Assembly (NCBI GenBank): GCA_026416115.1 | Contig: JAOAFU010000128.1 | Location: 678-64,677 of the forward strand | Length of the DNA stretch: 64,000 bases | Direction: 5' to 3' | Source: Bacteroidales bacterium | GTDB lineage: Bacteria; Bacteroidota; Bacteroidia; Bacteroidales; DTGW01 | Shown here: in pieces, positions 51,833-62,513 of the stretch | Position numbering within the stretch: the first letter of the stretch is position 1 | How the letters are laid out: every line of letters starts with the position of its first letter | Program-made: the position numbers and the translations under genes | The notes under the pieces: generated by a model | The model's database searches: none | What the model saw: the letters and a program-made list of their open reading frames with translations, nothing else | What the model was told of the DNA's origin: nothing

Positions 51833-53548
51833 CTATTCATTATTTATCATTTCGGGGATAGGTGTTCCCTGACAAGCGTTAGGAAATGGAATTTTAAGAA
51901 TAGCGGCTATAGTAGCAGCTAAATCCTGCATATCAATAGGCCGAACTACAGTTTGACGTTGGCTATACCAGCCATAAAAAATGAGAGGTACATGCGAATC
52001 GTAACTATATCCAGTATTATGGGGTGCAAGCGATTCACCCATTTCGGTCCAATTAGGAAGCAGGGCGTACATAACATCGCCGCTACGGCCAAGATAAAAA
52101 CTGTTGTTCAGTTGACCGTACACACCTTGTTTAGTCCCATTTTTTGAAACCTGTTCCGAAATAATTACATAGCCTATACCATCAAAATCGAGCAGGAAAC
52201 GGGCTACTTCACGTTGCATTTTTTCTTTATCAACTCTTGCCTGCTGTATTAATTGATGATTCAAATAAATTTGTTGACCTTTCCAAAATTTCACCCAATC
52301 TCCATCCCCGTATATTGCTTTGAGATAGCTTTTAAGCAATACATACGCCTGACCGGCATTAAACTGGCCAGCCCGAAAACCTAAATCGTTCATCATTTTG
52401 TTGGGATATGCTGCTCCATGAGGAGAGGTTAAAAATAGTAAAACATTTTGCTTACCAACGTAGCTATCAATAAATCCAAGCAGATGAGCTAATTCTTTAT
52501 CGAGTCGTAAAAGTGCATCCTGAAACTCGTATGAAAGAATACCGAATTGCTGTGCGATATACTCGGTTGTGTTAAAATTGATAAGTAATAGATCGGGGTA
52601 GTCATCTTTTCCTAGTTCTTCATTAACAATGAGAGTAAGTGCAAAGTCTTTTAAAAGATTATTACCCATTGGGGTATACTTTAGCAATGAGTAATCTTTA
52701 CCTCCGTCGGTTCGTACCGACATACTTTTGAGATCGTATGGAAAAGTCTTTTTTCCTTTGATGCCATTTTCATATCTGCTATTATCGGGGAAGTTTATAC
52801 GTGAATAAGTGCTGTCGGGATAAAGAAGATTCCATGTTTGCTGCAAATAAATATCGGGCAGTTTTTTTGCGTTAAAATCTTTAATCCATTGAGGTAACTC
52901 ATTTTGAAAAGCAGAACTTGTAACCATTTTACCTGAGAAAATGTCGAACCAATAGGCTCCATTTGCAGTTTGTCCGGCAAGTAAAGTTGCTGGCATTGCA
53001 TCGAGTGATAGGGCGAAAGTTTTAGATTGTTTAAATGTGGCCAATCGTAGCTCATCCCCAATGGTTGAGGTTATCATTTTTTTGGGCGAATGTTTTTCGG
53101 AGGAGGTTTCGGAACCAACACAAATTACGCTTTCATCGCCTGTGGCTGTTTGTATTTTCCCCGAAAGATCGTCGTACCATTCATTAGCAATTATGCCATG
53201 AGAAGAAGGATAACAACCACATACCAATGAGGCCATTGTAGGGGCAGTTTGAGTGTAGAAAAAGTTTAGGTTCACATAGTCAAATCGCGTGCCTTCATTA
53301 ATCAATCGACGAAAGCCATTATTTTCAAATGAGTACCAGTACCGATATAGCATGTCGGTTCGCAAATTATCGATAATAAGTCCGATTACTAATCGCGGGT
53401 TTTTTTTCTGATTTTTTTGCGCGTTTAGTATGGGGTTTAAAAAAAATGCGAGTACAACAAAGGCGTATATCTTTATTTTGGTCAAATAACAAAATCTAAA
53501 CTTGCAAACGTCAACGGCTTGCTTAACAATAACATGTTGAGCTATCAT
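51833..53548 (-). CDS. alkaline-phosphatase-superfamily enzyme (nucleotide pyrophosphatase/phosphodiesterase-like), exported
   Basis: VIGLIIDNLR metal site, TAPTMASLVCGCYPSSHGI nucleophile region, and SPHGA. The true start may be the TTG at 53485 (MTKIKIYAFVVLAFF signal). Confidence 0.75.
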   Translation of the reverse strand: MIAQHVIVKQAVDVCKFRFCYLTKIKIYAFVVLAFFLNPILNAQKNQKKNPRLVIGLIIDNLRTDMLYRYWYSFENNGFRRLINEGTRFDYVNLNFFYTQTAPTMASLVCGCYPSSHGIIANEWYDDLSGKIQTATGDESVICVGSETSSEKHSPKKMITSTIGDELRLATFKQSKTFALSLDAMPATLLAGQTANGAYWFDIFSGKMVTSSAFQNELPQWIKDFNAKKLPDIYLQQTWNLLYPDSTYSRINFPDNSRYENGIKGKKTFPYDLKSMSVRTDGGKDYSLLKYTPMGNNLLKDFALTLIVNEELGKDDYPDLLLINFNTTEYIAQQFGILSYEFQDALLRLDKELAHLLGFIDSYVGKQNVLLFLTSPHGAAYPNKMMNDLGFRAGQFNAGQAYVLLKSYLKAIYGDGDWVKFWKGQQIYLNHQLIQQARVDKEKMQREVARFLLDFDGIGYVIISEQVSKNGTKQGVYGQLNNSFYLGRSGDVMYALLPNWTEMGESLAPHNTGYSYDSHVPLIFYGWYSQRQTVVRPIDMQDLAATIAAILKIPFPNACQGTPIPEMINNE

Positions 53549-53616
53549 AATGGCGGTTTAATTTTTTTATATTAAGGGTAAAAATTCACTGATATATATG
53601 GCAAATGGGGGTTTCA

Positions 53617-53991
53617 TCAACGTTCTTTTTCAAGCACGACAGTAACTCCCTTCATTTTGCCGCCAAGCGCAGGATTTTGCTTGGTAATTTTTATCTGGGC
53701 TTTTTCTATACAGGGGAAACTATAGAAGATGCGATCAATAATCCTGCCAGCAAGATGTTCGAGCAGGTTGACCGGTTTTTCCATTTCTTCTTTAATGATA
53801 TTGTAAATATTTTGATAATCGAGCGCATCTTCGATATTGTCGGATACAATAGCTTTCTGCATATCGTATCGATAAGAGAAATTAACATAAAAAGTATTGC
53901 CTACCAGTTTTTCTTCGGGAAAGCAACCATGGTAGGCAAAAAATTCCATTTCTTCAAGTTCTATGTAACCCATAGCTCGGTTGGTCAACAT
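53617..53991 (-). CDS. folB: dihydroneopterin aldolase
   Basis: 124 aa. IELEEMEFFAYHGCFPEEKLVGN..Y.V is typical of FolB. Confidence 0.85.
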   Translation of the reverse strand: MLTNRAMGYIELEEMEFFAYHGCFPEEKLVGNTFYVNFSYRYDMQKAIVSDNIEDALDYQNIYNIIKEEMEKPVNLLEHLAGRIIDRIFYSFPCIEKAQIKITKQNPALGGKMKGVTVVLEKER

Positions 53992-54011
53992 CTGAATAAT
54001 TATATTTTCTG

Positions 54012-55649
54012 CTATCCGTTCATTGAGACAAGAAATTCTTCGTTAGTACTGGTTTTTGAGAGTCGGTCGATAAGAAATTCCATAGCTTCAACGGGATTCA
54101 TGTCGGAGAGATAATTGCGGAGTATCCATATTTTGTTGAGCATGGCCTTATCTAGCAACAGGTCTTCGCGACGAGTACTTGAAGCATTAAGGTCGACAGC
54201 AGGGAAGATTCTTTTGTTAGCCAATCTGCGATCGAGCTGTAGCTCCATATTACCAGTACCTTTGAATTCCTCGAAAATTACATCATCCATTTTCGAACCT
54301 GTTTCGGTAAGTGCGGTAGCCAGTATTGTAAGCGAGCCCCCATTTTCAATGTTGCGGGCTGCACCGAAAAATCGTTTGGGCTTTTGTAAAGCATTAGAAT
54401 CAACCCCTCCAGAAAGTACTTTACCCGATGCTGGTGCAATGGTGTTAAATGCACGAGCCAGTCGTGTAATAGAGTCGAGGAGTATCACAACATCATGTCC
54501 GCATTCAACCAATCTTTTGGCTTTCTCAAGCACAATATTGGCAACTCTTACGTGGCGTTCGGCAGGTTCGTCGAAGGTCGAAGCAATAACTTCGCCATTC
54601 ACACTTCGTGCCATGTCGGTAACCTCTTCAGGACGCTCGTCGATAAGTAGAATAATAAGATAAACTTCCGGATGATTTTCGGCAATAGCGTTTGCTATAT
54701 CTTTGAGTAATACCGTTTTACCTGTTTTTGGCTGTGCAACTATAAGTCCTCGCTGTCCTTTCCCTATTGGAGCAAACATGTCAACGATTCGACAAGAGAG
54801 GTTGGGGTTTGTTGGGGATACAAGTTTAAATTTTTCGTTTGGAAACAGTGGGGTGAGGTAATCGAAAGGAACACGATCGCGAATGAAATCAGGATCGCGG
54901 CCATTGATTTCCTCAACTTTTATAAGTGGAAAATATTTTTCATTTTCTTTGGGTGGGCGGATGGTACCTTTTACCGTATCACCTGTTTTTAATCCAAAAA
55001 GCTTAATTTGCGATTGTGAAACATAGATATCGTCGGGCGAATTAAGATAATTGTAGTCGGCCGAACGTAAAAATCCATAACCATCGGGCATTATTTCTAG
55101 GACGCCAGTTGCAGTAACAATGCCTTCGAATTCAAAAGTTTTATCTTCCTTTTTATGTTCAGCCCGGTGGGGGATGGGTTCAGGCTCTTCCATTTTTATT
55201 TGAGGTGTTGTTTCTGGCTCAACAGGTAACAAGGGTTTTTCATATACACTCTCTTCTTCGGATGGATATAAAGCTTCGCTCGCAATAGGTTCTTCGAGAG
55301 GTAAATTTAGCGTATCATCAATTAATGTATTAATTGGTAATTCTTCCTTTACAGCAACCTTTTCTGTCTCTGTTTCAGTTGCTGAAGGTTCTTCATTTAC
55401 CGGGTTATTTTCGTTTACAACCTCTTCTTTTTTTCTTCGTTTACGAACGGTGATTTTCTTTTTCTCTTTATTCTCCGACGTTTTGGTGTTTTTTTCTTTT
55501 TTAAACGTAGCCATGATGGCCTGCTGATCGAGAATCTTGTAAATAAGATCCTGCTTTTTAAGATTTTCTACCTTGGTAATACCAAGTGATTGAGCAATTT
55601 CCTGCAACTCTGGAAGCTGTTTCTCATTGAGCTCTACAATATCGTACAT
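54012..55649 (-). CDS. rho: transcription termination factor Rho (with an N-terminal insertion of about 125 aa)
   Basis: Rho_N helix bundle, CSD ([14 protein letters not shown]), Walker A (AQPKTGKT), and the Q/R loops and C-terminus are conserved. Confidence 0.95.
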   Translation of the reverse strand: MYDIVELNEKQLPELQEIAQSLGITKVENLKKQDLIYKILDQQAIMATFKKEKNTKTSENKEKKKITVRKRRKKEEVVNENNPVNEEPSATETETEKVAVKEELPINTLIDDTLNLPLEEPIASEALYPSEEESVYEKPLLPVEPETTPQIKMEEPEPIPHRAEHKKEDKTFEFEGIVTATGVLEIMPDGYGFLRSADYNYLNSPDDIYVSQSQIKLFGLKTGDTVKGTIRPPKENEKYFPLIKVEEINGRDPDFIRDRVPFDYLTPLFPNEKFKLVSPTNPNLSCRIVDMFAPIGKGQRGLIVAQPKTGKTVLLKDIANAIAENHPEVYLIILLIDERPEEVTDMARSVNGEVIASTFDEPAERHVRVANIVLEKAKRLVECGHDVVILLDSITRLARAFNTIAPASGKVLSGGVDSNALQKPKRFFGAARNIENGGSLTILATALTETGSKMDDVIFEEFKGTGNMELQLDRRLANKRIFPAVDLNASSTRREDLLLDKAMLNKIWILRNYLSDMNPVEAMEFLIDRLSKTSTNEEFLVSMNG

Positions 55650-55780
55650 ACCTTAAAATTACAAATGATTTTTTATTATTACACATTAAAAAATGATTGG
55701 ACTTTACCGGATGGAAAAAAAGAACTGTTGAATTGTGGTGCAATATTAAAGAATTGTTGGGATATTTCAAAAAATTTTTT

Positions 55781-55800
55781 TTTGACAAAAATTTGACAAA
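55781..55800. repeat. direct repeat TTTGACAAA x2 with 11-bp phasing in the rho/rpoD divergent region
   Basis: Copies at 55781-55789 and 55792-55800. Confidence 0.5.
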
Positions 55801-55919
55801 CGCAATACGTTATTTCTTCTGTCATTATTTACTTTATCTATGGAATGTAAAAAAGGGGCAAAGGTTAGTAGGAAAAAAAGTTTATAGTATAAAATATTAG
55901 AAATCAATAACTAACCAAT

Positions 55920-56783
55920 ATGCGACAGCTCAAAATAAGTAAACAAGTAACTAACCGTGATACCCCTTCGCTCGACAAATACCTGCACGAGATTGGTAGG
56001 TTGGAAATGATAAGCGCCGAGGAAGAAGTCGAACTTGCTCGAAGAATACGTAATGGCGACTCGAAGGCATTAGAGCGGCTGGTGAATGCTAACCTAAGGT
56101 TTGTGGTATCGGTGGCCAAACAATACCAAAACCAAGGTTTGTCATTGCCCGACTTGATAAACGAGGGTAACCTTGGATTGATTAAGGCTGCACAGCGGTT
56201 CGACGAAACCAGAGGGTTTAAATTCATATCTTATGCAGTTTGGTGGATACGACAGTCGATTTTGCAAGCCTTGGCCGAGCAATCTCGTATCGTACGTCTT
56301 CCTTTGAACAAGATTGGATCTATCAGTCGAATCTCAAAAGTTTTTGCCGAGCTCGAACAAAAATTTGAACGAGAACCTACAGTGCTTGAGATAGCCCAGG
56401 CTTTGGAGTTGGCTCCTGCCGATGTACATGAGGCACTTCGCACAGCCAATAGGGCTATTTCGATGGATGCCCCAGTTGGTTCGGAGGAAGAAACTAATTT
56501 ATACGACATAATCGGAAACACCGATTCTCCAAGCCCCGATAACGACTTAATCCTCGACTCGCTTCGTAAGGAGATTGAGCGTGTCCTCTCTACACTCTCG
56601 GCTCGTGAAGCTAAAATTATTCAGCTATATTATGGGTTAAACGATCGTCAACCCCTTTCGCTCGATGAAATTGGTGTTGAAGTGGGATTAACACGAGAAA
56701 GAGTGAGGCAAATAAAAGAAAAAGCTATTAAACGTCTTAAAAACTCAAGCCGTTGCAAAATGCTTAAATCGTTTTTAGGTTAG
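55920..56783 (+). CDS. rpoD: primary RNA polymerase sigma factor (Bacteroidota sigma-A type, 287 aa)
   Basis: Region 2 ([36 protein letters not shown]), region 3, and region 4 ([18 protein letters not shown]). Region 1.1 is absent. Confidence 0.93.
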   Translation: MRQLKISKQVTNRDTPSLDKYLHEIGRLEMISAEEEVELARRIRNGDSKALERLVNANLRFVVSVAKQYQNQGLSLPDLINEGNLGLIKAAQRFDETRGFKFISYAVWWIRQSILQALAEQSRIVRLPLNKIGSISRISKVFAELEQKFEREPTVLEIAQALELAPADVHEALRTANRAISMDAPVGSEEETNLYDIIGNTDSPSPDNDLILDSLRKEIERVLSTLSAREAKIIQLYYGLNDRQPLSLDEIGVEVGLTRERVRQIKEKAIKRLKNSSRCKMLKSFLG

Positions 56784-56807
56784 CAATTGGTTTGGATTTG
56801 AGCAGTA

Positions 56808-56871
56808 AGCTTACTGGGAAATGTAGCATTGACACAACAACTGACCTACTATGTACCAGTGAGCTTTTTTT
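56808..56871 (+). terminator. possible terminator after rpoD (long-loop hairpin plus T7)
   Basis: AGCTTACTGG ... CCAGTGAGCT forms a 10-bp stem (one G-T pair) enclosing about 38 nt, followed by TTTTTTT. Confidence 0.35.
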
Positions 56872-59800
56872 ATTCGCTAACAGGAAATGCTATAATGAAT
56901 CTCGAACCAGAAGGTTGACGAGGTTCGTAGCGGATACTTCCGCCAATATATTCTACAATACTTTTGCAGATAGCCAAACCTAAACCACTACCCGATGTTT
57001 TGGTTGTAAAATTAGGCTGAAATAGCTTGTCCCTAATTTCGGGTGGTACTCCACTTCCGTTATCTTCTACAATGACCATTCGCTGACTATCTCCTTTTAA
57101 AGTGATGTAGATTGTTCCTGTACCTCCTTGAGTAAAAGCTTGAAGGGCATTGTTAATAAGATTGATTAGTACTCGGCGCATCTGTTCCTTATCGGCTAGT
57201 ATCCAACATCCATTTTCTGCAAGGTTAATCTCGAAATTTATTTTAGTATCCTGATACAACGAGACGACCTCTTCGACAATATCATTCAAATTTATTCTTG
57301 TTTTTTTGGGAGTAGGCATTTGTGCAAGGTTCGAAAAAGCAGTTGCTATATTCGAAAGATTGTCTATTTGTTCAATAATTGCTTGTGTAACTTTTTGAAA
57401 ATAATCTACATCAATTTTATTTTCGGAATTGATTCGACGCTGAAGCTGTTGGATGCTTAGTTTGATAGGAGTAAGGGGGTTTTTTATTTCGTGTGCCACC
57501 TGGCGTGCCATTTCTCGCCAGGCCGATTCACGCTCTACTTTCGACAAAATCTCAACCGAATGCTCTAATTCTTCAACCTTCTTGTTGTATTCATCTATCA
57601 AATTACCTAATTCGTCTTGACTTTGGTATTGAATTTTTATATTACCCTTGCCAAGTTTCATCTGAGCAATGCTTTCCTGTACAATCTGAAGCGGTCGGGT
57701 AAGCTTGTTCGCAGTAACAACAGCTATTGTAATGGCTATAACCAAAAAAATGATGTATACATTTATTATTGCTAATAGAAAAGTTGAAATTTCTTCTGAT
57801 AACTTCGACTGTTGGGTAAAGTATGGGAGATTCACATAAGCAATAATTTTTCCTTGACGGTTGACCAAGGGAGTATAAATTGAAAAATATTTTTGTTTAC
57901 CAATCCATTCGTTTTGTACATATTCTATTTTACTGTTTCTTGTTAGCTGATAGTATGCTATTGGATTGATACGATTACTACATATCCCTTTTTCGAAGAT
58001 CTCTACCCGGGAACTGGCTATTAATCTTCCGTCGTTGCCATATAAATGGATGTCGGTGCTAAAGAGGTTGGATAAATGTTGAAGGAAACTTTCAAGATTA
58101 CTATACTGGTCGGAGTGCCAGATATAACTTAATTTATCTTCCTGCGAAAGGTTATTGTATAATTCTAGATAAATACTTTGTAGCTTCTCGCCAAAAGCTT
58201 CGTAATATTTTCGACTATACTGCTGGAGTATAAAATACACCGTAATGCCAGCAACAAACAATAATGAAAATAAAAGAATTCCAATAATGGTAAGCTGGAT
58301 ACGCATACGAAAACCGCGCTGAAGAATGTTTAATTTAATGGATTTTTTGTTGGCCAGCAAAAACATTAGATTAAACAAAAAAAAGTTTATGATAAAAAGA
58401 TATGAAAAAGAAACAAGTAAATCTATAAAGGTAGGGCTTTGTCTGCTTAATATGATAAGAACTTCGGGATTTGGTCGAAAAAATAAATGATTGTAACCAC
58501 TAAATTTTTCGTAATGAAATGGACCATTAAACTTTGGATACTTCTCGGTACTGGTATTATAAATGAAACTTCCCGATTGGTAAGATATCACATCCTTGTA
58601 ATATTTTGCATAGGAGTATTTTTTTAATCGGTCGTTATGTTCGTATTGGCTTAGCAGGAGCTGGGGATATCCGAGTACGTCGGTATTCAACCGTGACTCG
58701 AGCTGAAGATACACATTTACAAGTTTGCCCGAAAAACGAAAAGGGAATAAGCCAAAATAGCTGATTCGTCCATAGAAGTTTTTTAGAAAATAAAAATTGC
58801 TGTTAATTTTTTCGGCGTGAGTGTGGATTATAGAGTCAAAAAAAGCAAAGCAAGGGCTTAATTGGAATGAGGGTTTTATGAGAACCGAATCGTTTGGATG
58901 ACAAATAGTTAATTGAACATCATATCTATCAAGATATCCCGAAAAATAACGTTTTTTTATATATTTATAAATCCAAGGATAATCTATTTCTTGTCTAAAT
59001 AGTTGACGGTATAGCGTAGTATCGTAGGCAATTTTTTTATTCAAATCGCTAAGTAATAATTCGGCCACTTTATCCCTTTCAACAGCTAGGTTTTGGGCTA
59101 GCTCTTTTTCTTCGTTAGCAATTCGTTGGCTTCCTATTTTAAAAATTACATATACAGCATAAAATGAGAAAAGTCCTAATATCATTAAAATATGAGAATA
59201 TCTGAGTTCCTGTTTTTTATATCGTCGAAGGTAGATGATGAATAGAAAAGTGAGGGTAAATATAGCTGTAGCAACTATTTTTTCGCGAAGAAAAAGGTGG
59301 GTAAAAACCAGGTTCATAAGAACCATTATGATTGCGAACAGAAGGAAATTTTTTGCAGCAGCGTTCCTTACACACAAATCGATTAATAGCAAAAAACTTG
59401 AAAAAAGCATGGTAAATGAAGTAATAATAACGATAGATACCATGCCTTCGGAGAAGAACTCGGTTATGTTATAGGTAATATTGGTATGTAAAAGAGTTAG
59501 TTCAAATAAGTAAGCGGCACTATTGAAAAAAACTACAACTATTACGCTCTGTAAGATAGTATTTAGGATCGATAACTGGGGTTTGTCCAGTTTATGCCGT
59601 GAATATATCAGGTAAATGGACAGATAGCTAATTAATGCACATATAAAGATGTCGGACGGGAAAAGGTTAAACTTGCCTGAAGTAAAAATAGCTTGTTTGA
59701 ATGCGTTAAGCTCCATTAAAAGAGTTGGAAAACCTGTAAGTCTTATTAATAGATATAATCCGATCAAAAAAATCGAGAAGCCAATCGTTATAAGATTTTT

Positions 59801-60529
59801 TTTTCGTTCGTTTTGCCAGGAATTAAGTAATAAGTGAAGTGCGTATACGAATAATGCTATAGCTAACAGCAGGAGAAGAGGGATTATTGCTAAATTAACT
59901 CCTTTATAACTTAGGGGGCGTGAGAAGTCTAAGGAAAATACACCAGCACCATGGATATTTTTAATAAGATATTGTTCTCGGAAAATATTTGACCTTACGC
60001 CGATGCTGGCAGGCATGTGAAAGATGGGGTTAAATTCATTCGAAAGATATTGATTTTTAATTACAAAATTATCTTTTATGAGTAGCAAACCAATGATTTT
60101 GTATTCTTTTATTGTTCGGGAAATAGCATAAAACCACCCGTTGGAAAGCTGAATAAATTGCTGGTAATCGGTTATAAATGGAAGAATGTCAATCTCGGGT
60201 ATTCGGTTATCGGACCATAAGAGTACACTGTCGGCTTGATAAACATAAAAATATATTTTTTGCTTACTGGACATTCTTCTAAAGTCGTTGTGTTTACTCG
60301 AGAAAATGGTATCGGGGGTATTGGTGGCGAGCAAAGATGTAATTTCGTCAAGCTGTAGTTCAAGCTCATTTTCAGCCTGTAAAAATCGCTCTTGAAATCT
60401 TCTGTGAAGTAGCTGATGATAATATGGCGATGTAAAAAAGATATCGAGTAACGAAGCCAAAACAATAAGCAAGCACGCATACGTAAAGTATGCCCGAGCT
60501 TGCTTAAGATTATCAGGCCTGTTAGCCAT
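56870..60529 (-). CDS. large multi-sensor histidine kinase (1219 aa, about 12 TM, HAMP-HisKA-HATPase; NtrB/NtrY-type H-box)
   Basis: C-terminus has ARQVAHEIKNPLTPI, NLINNALQA, DNGSGVP and GSGLGLAI. Upstream are two extracytoplasmic-looking domains and an 8-TM block (my reading of hydrophobic runs). Confidence 0.85.
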   Translation of the reverse strand: MANRPDNLKQARAYFTYACLLIVLASLLDIFFTSPYYHQLLHRRFQERFLQAENELELQLDEITSLLATNTPDTIFSSKHNDFRRMSSKQKIYFYVYQADSVLLWSDNRIPEIDILPFITDYQQFIQLSNGWFYAISRTIKEYKIIGLLLIKDNFVIKNQYLSNEFNPIFHMPASIGVRSNIFREQYLIKNIHGAGVFSLDFSRPLSYKGVNLAIIPLLLLLAIALFVYALHLLLNSWQNERKKNLITIGFSIFLIGLYLLIRLTGFPTLLMELNAFKQAIFTSGKFNLFPSDIFICALISYLSIYLIYSRHKLDKPQLSILNTILQSVIVVVFFNSAAYLFELTLLHTNITYNITEFFSEGMVSIVIITSFTMLFSSFLLLIDLCVRNAAAKNFLLFAIIMVLMNLVFTHLFLREKIVATAIFTLTFLFIIYLRRYKKQELRYSHILMILGLFSFYAVYVIFKIGSQRIANEEKELAQNLAVERDKVAELLLSDLNKKIAYDTTLYRQLFRQEIDYPWIYKYIKKRYFSGYLDRYDVQLTICHPNDSVLIKPSFQLSPCFAFFDSIIHTHAEKINSNFYFLKNFYGRISYFGLFPFRFSGKLVNVYLQLESRLNTDVLGYPQLLLSQYEHNDRLKKYSYAKYYKDVISYQSGSFIYNTSTEKYPKFNGPFHYEKFSGYNHLFFRPNPEVLIILSRQSPTFIDLLVSFSYLFIINFFLFNLMFLLANKKSIKLNILQRGFRMRIQLTIIGILLFSLLFVAGITVYFILQQYSRKYYEAFGEKLQSIYLELYNNLSQEDKLSYIWHSDQYSNLESFLQHLSNLFSTDIHLYGNDGRLIASSRVEIFEKGICSNRINPIAYYQLTRNSKIEYVQNEWIGKQKYFSIYTPLVNRQGKIIAYVNLPYFTQQSKLSEEISTFLLAIINVYIIFLVIAITIAVVTANKLTRPLQIVQESIAQMKLGKGNIKIQYQSQDELGNLIDEYNKKVEELEHSVEILSKVERESAWREMARQVAHEIKNPLTPIKLSIQQLQRRINSENKIDVDYFQKVTQAIIEQIDNLSNIATAFSNLAQMPTPKKTRINLNDIVEEVVSLYQDTKINFEINLAENGCWILADKEQMRRVLINLINNALQAFTQGGTGTIYITLKGDSQRMVIVEDNGSGVPPEIRDKLFQPNFTTKTSGSGLGLAICKSIVEYIGGSIRYEPRQPSGSRFIIAFPVSE

Positions 60530-60546
60530 TAATTCCTTAATTTCAA

Positions 60547-62502
60547 CTATTTTTTAGGTACGTAATCGGTACGTAAAACTTTAAACTCAGTTCTTCTGTT
60601 TATTTGGTTAGCAAACTCCTGCTGATCGGGTGTTAGAGTTTTGATGAATGCTTCTGTCAACACTTTACCTACAGGCAGGAAAGGATACTGACGGTTAATT
60701 TTTTCGTCAACTACTTTTGGCTCCGACTCACCATTTCCTTTGGCAACCAGACGGTCGGCTGCAATGCCTTTTTCAATCAGATAATCCACAACGCTTTGTG
60801 CTCGGCGTTGAGATAGTTCAAGATTTGCTTTTTCGTTACCGATATAGTCGGTGTTGGCCATAAGGAGAATAGTAACGTTGGGATTGTCGTTGAGGGTTTC
60901 AACAAGTTTATCGAGAGCAGCTTTGGACTCTGGGCGTAATGCTGCGCTTGCAAAGTCATAAACAATATCGGGAATTTCGATTGGTCGATCAATGGGGGTT
61001 AGATTGATAGTTGTTTTAAAATCGCGACTTCGCTGTTCTCCTTTGGTAGTTACTCTCGATTTGTTATTCAAATACCCTTCCTTGAGTGCAACAAAAACAT
61101 AATCGGTGTTGGGTTTGAGATTAAACTGAAAATCTCCGTTCTTCCCAGTTCGTGTTTCGGTAGTTATACCATCACTCCCAATACTTTTGACGGTAGCGTC
61201 GGCAATCGGTTTTTCTGTCCGGTCGTCTATTACGTTACCTGCAATGGTGAACTTAAGAGGTGGAAGAACGAAAATATAAATATCGTCGTTACCTCCTCTT
61301 TTTGAAGTGAAAAACCCTTTTTCTTCATTGGCCTGAAAAACAATACCGAAATCGTCGGAGTTGCTATTGATTGGATAGCGCATATTTTCTACTTGCCAAG
61401 TACCATCGGGTTGAGGTTTGGCCTTGAATATATCCAGACCACCCAAACCGATATGACCGTCTGAAGAAAAGTACAGAGTGCCATCGGGGTGGACATATGG
61501 GAATAATTCGTTACCAGGGGTATTAATAGCTGGTCCTAGGTTTACAGGTTTACTCCATTCATCACCATTCTTATTGACCTTCCATATATCATAACCGCCC
61601 AATCCTCCTGGCATATCGGCTACAAAATATAATGTTTGTTCATCGGGCGAAATAGCTGGATGAAGAACATCAATACTATCGCCTGCCAAGTTAACTATTT
61701 CTCCTTTCGAGAACGATTCGCCCGATAGCTGTGCCATGAATATCTGCGAGCTTGCCTTTTTGCCTTTGATAGGTTTGCAGCTGGTATAGTACATTACTGT
61801 ATAGTTGTTATTTACCGAGGGGGTTCCTTCTTCGAACTCGGTATTGATTTCTCCCGATATAGGCACTGGGCTACTCCAACGGCCTTGTTTATCTTGCTTG
61901 GTCAAATATATGTCGTAAGGTAATTCTCCCGTACCTTCTCTTACAGCACCTTTCGAACCATTTCGGTTCGAGGCAAAATAAAGTACCATGTAGTCGTTTC
62001 GGCCAAAAGCAGGACATACGTCGCTTGCACGTGAATTAACGTCTTTTAGGTTTTCAACTATATATCCGTTAGGATTATCAATCCATCGTTGAGCCAACTG
62101 ACACGATTGAATTCCATTTTCGCCTCGTGGATCGTCGGGCACCAGTTCCTTGTAACGACGGTACATGGGCTCGGCTTCTTTGTATTTGGCTTGCGCACGC
62201 AGCGCATCGGCATAATAAAGGTATATGATAGGATTCTGGTATTCGCGCGTGATAGTTTTTTTATACCAAAGTTCAGCATGTACAGGATCTTGAAGATGCC
62301 TATAACACTCGGCTATGTAAAATATAATCTCGGTTTTCTTGTTTTTGTCTTCTACCACTTCGTAGGCATCCCTGTATTGTTCGATAGCCTTGAGCCATTC
62401 GCCCGCAGCAAATGAATCGTTAGCTTTTTTGAGTTTACTTCCTTGCCCAAAAAGACTTAAGGAAAATATCCCTATTGCGACAGCTACATAAAACCTTTTC
62501 AT
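60547..62502 (-). CDS. PorE-like OmpA-family protein (TPR + TolB-like beta-propeller + carboxypeptidase-regulatory-like + OmpA_C domains)
   Basis: TPR (YRDAYE...AKYKEAEPMYRRY), PD40-like repeats (LYFASNR, LYFVADMPGGLGGYDIW, LYFSSDGHIGLGGLDIF), CRD (IAGNVIDDRT..P..ATV), and OmpA_C (NTDYIGNEKANLELSQRRAQSV). Confidence 0.8.
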   Translation of the reverse strand: MKRFYVAVAIGIFSLSLFGQGSKLKKANDSFAAGEWLKAIEQYRDAYEVVEDKNKKTEIIFYIAECYRHLQDPVHAELWYKKTITREYQNPIIYLYYADALRAQAKYKEAEPMYRRYKELVPDDPRGENGIQSCQLAQRWIDNPNGYIVENLKDVNSRASDVCPAFGRNDYMVLYFASNRNGSKGAVREGTGELPYDIYLTKQDKQGRWSSPVPISGEINTEFEEGTPSVNNNYTVMYYTSCKPIKGKKASSQIFMAQLSGESFSKGEIVNLAGDSIDVLHPAISPDEQTLYFVADMPGGLGGYDIWKVNKNGDEWSKPVNLGPAINTPGNELFPYVHPDGTLYFSSDGHIGLGGLDIFKAKPQPDGTWQVENMRYPINSNSDDFGIVFQANEEKGFFTSKRGGNDDIYIFVLPPLKFTIAGNVIDDRTEKPIADATVKSIGSDGITTETRTGKNGDFQFNLKPNTDYVFVALKEGYLNNKSRVTTKGEQRSRDFKTTINLTPIDRPIEIPDIVYDFASAALRPESKAALDKLVETLNDNPNVTILLMANTDYIGNEKANLELSQRRAQSVVDYLIEKGIAADRLVAKGNGESEPKVVDEKINRQYPFLPVGKVLTEAFIKTLTPDQQEFANQINRRTEFKVLRTDYVPKK

Positions 62503-62513
62503 CCGAAAATAAT

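Noticed and set aside
53605-54663. Two long plus-strand ORFs (169 aa and 182 aa) antisense to folB and rho.
   Set aside because: They are entirely antisense to strongly conserved genes. The products are Ser/Leu/Arg-rich low-complexity sequences typical of the shadow frame of a real CDS. They have no promoter motif or independent start context.
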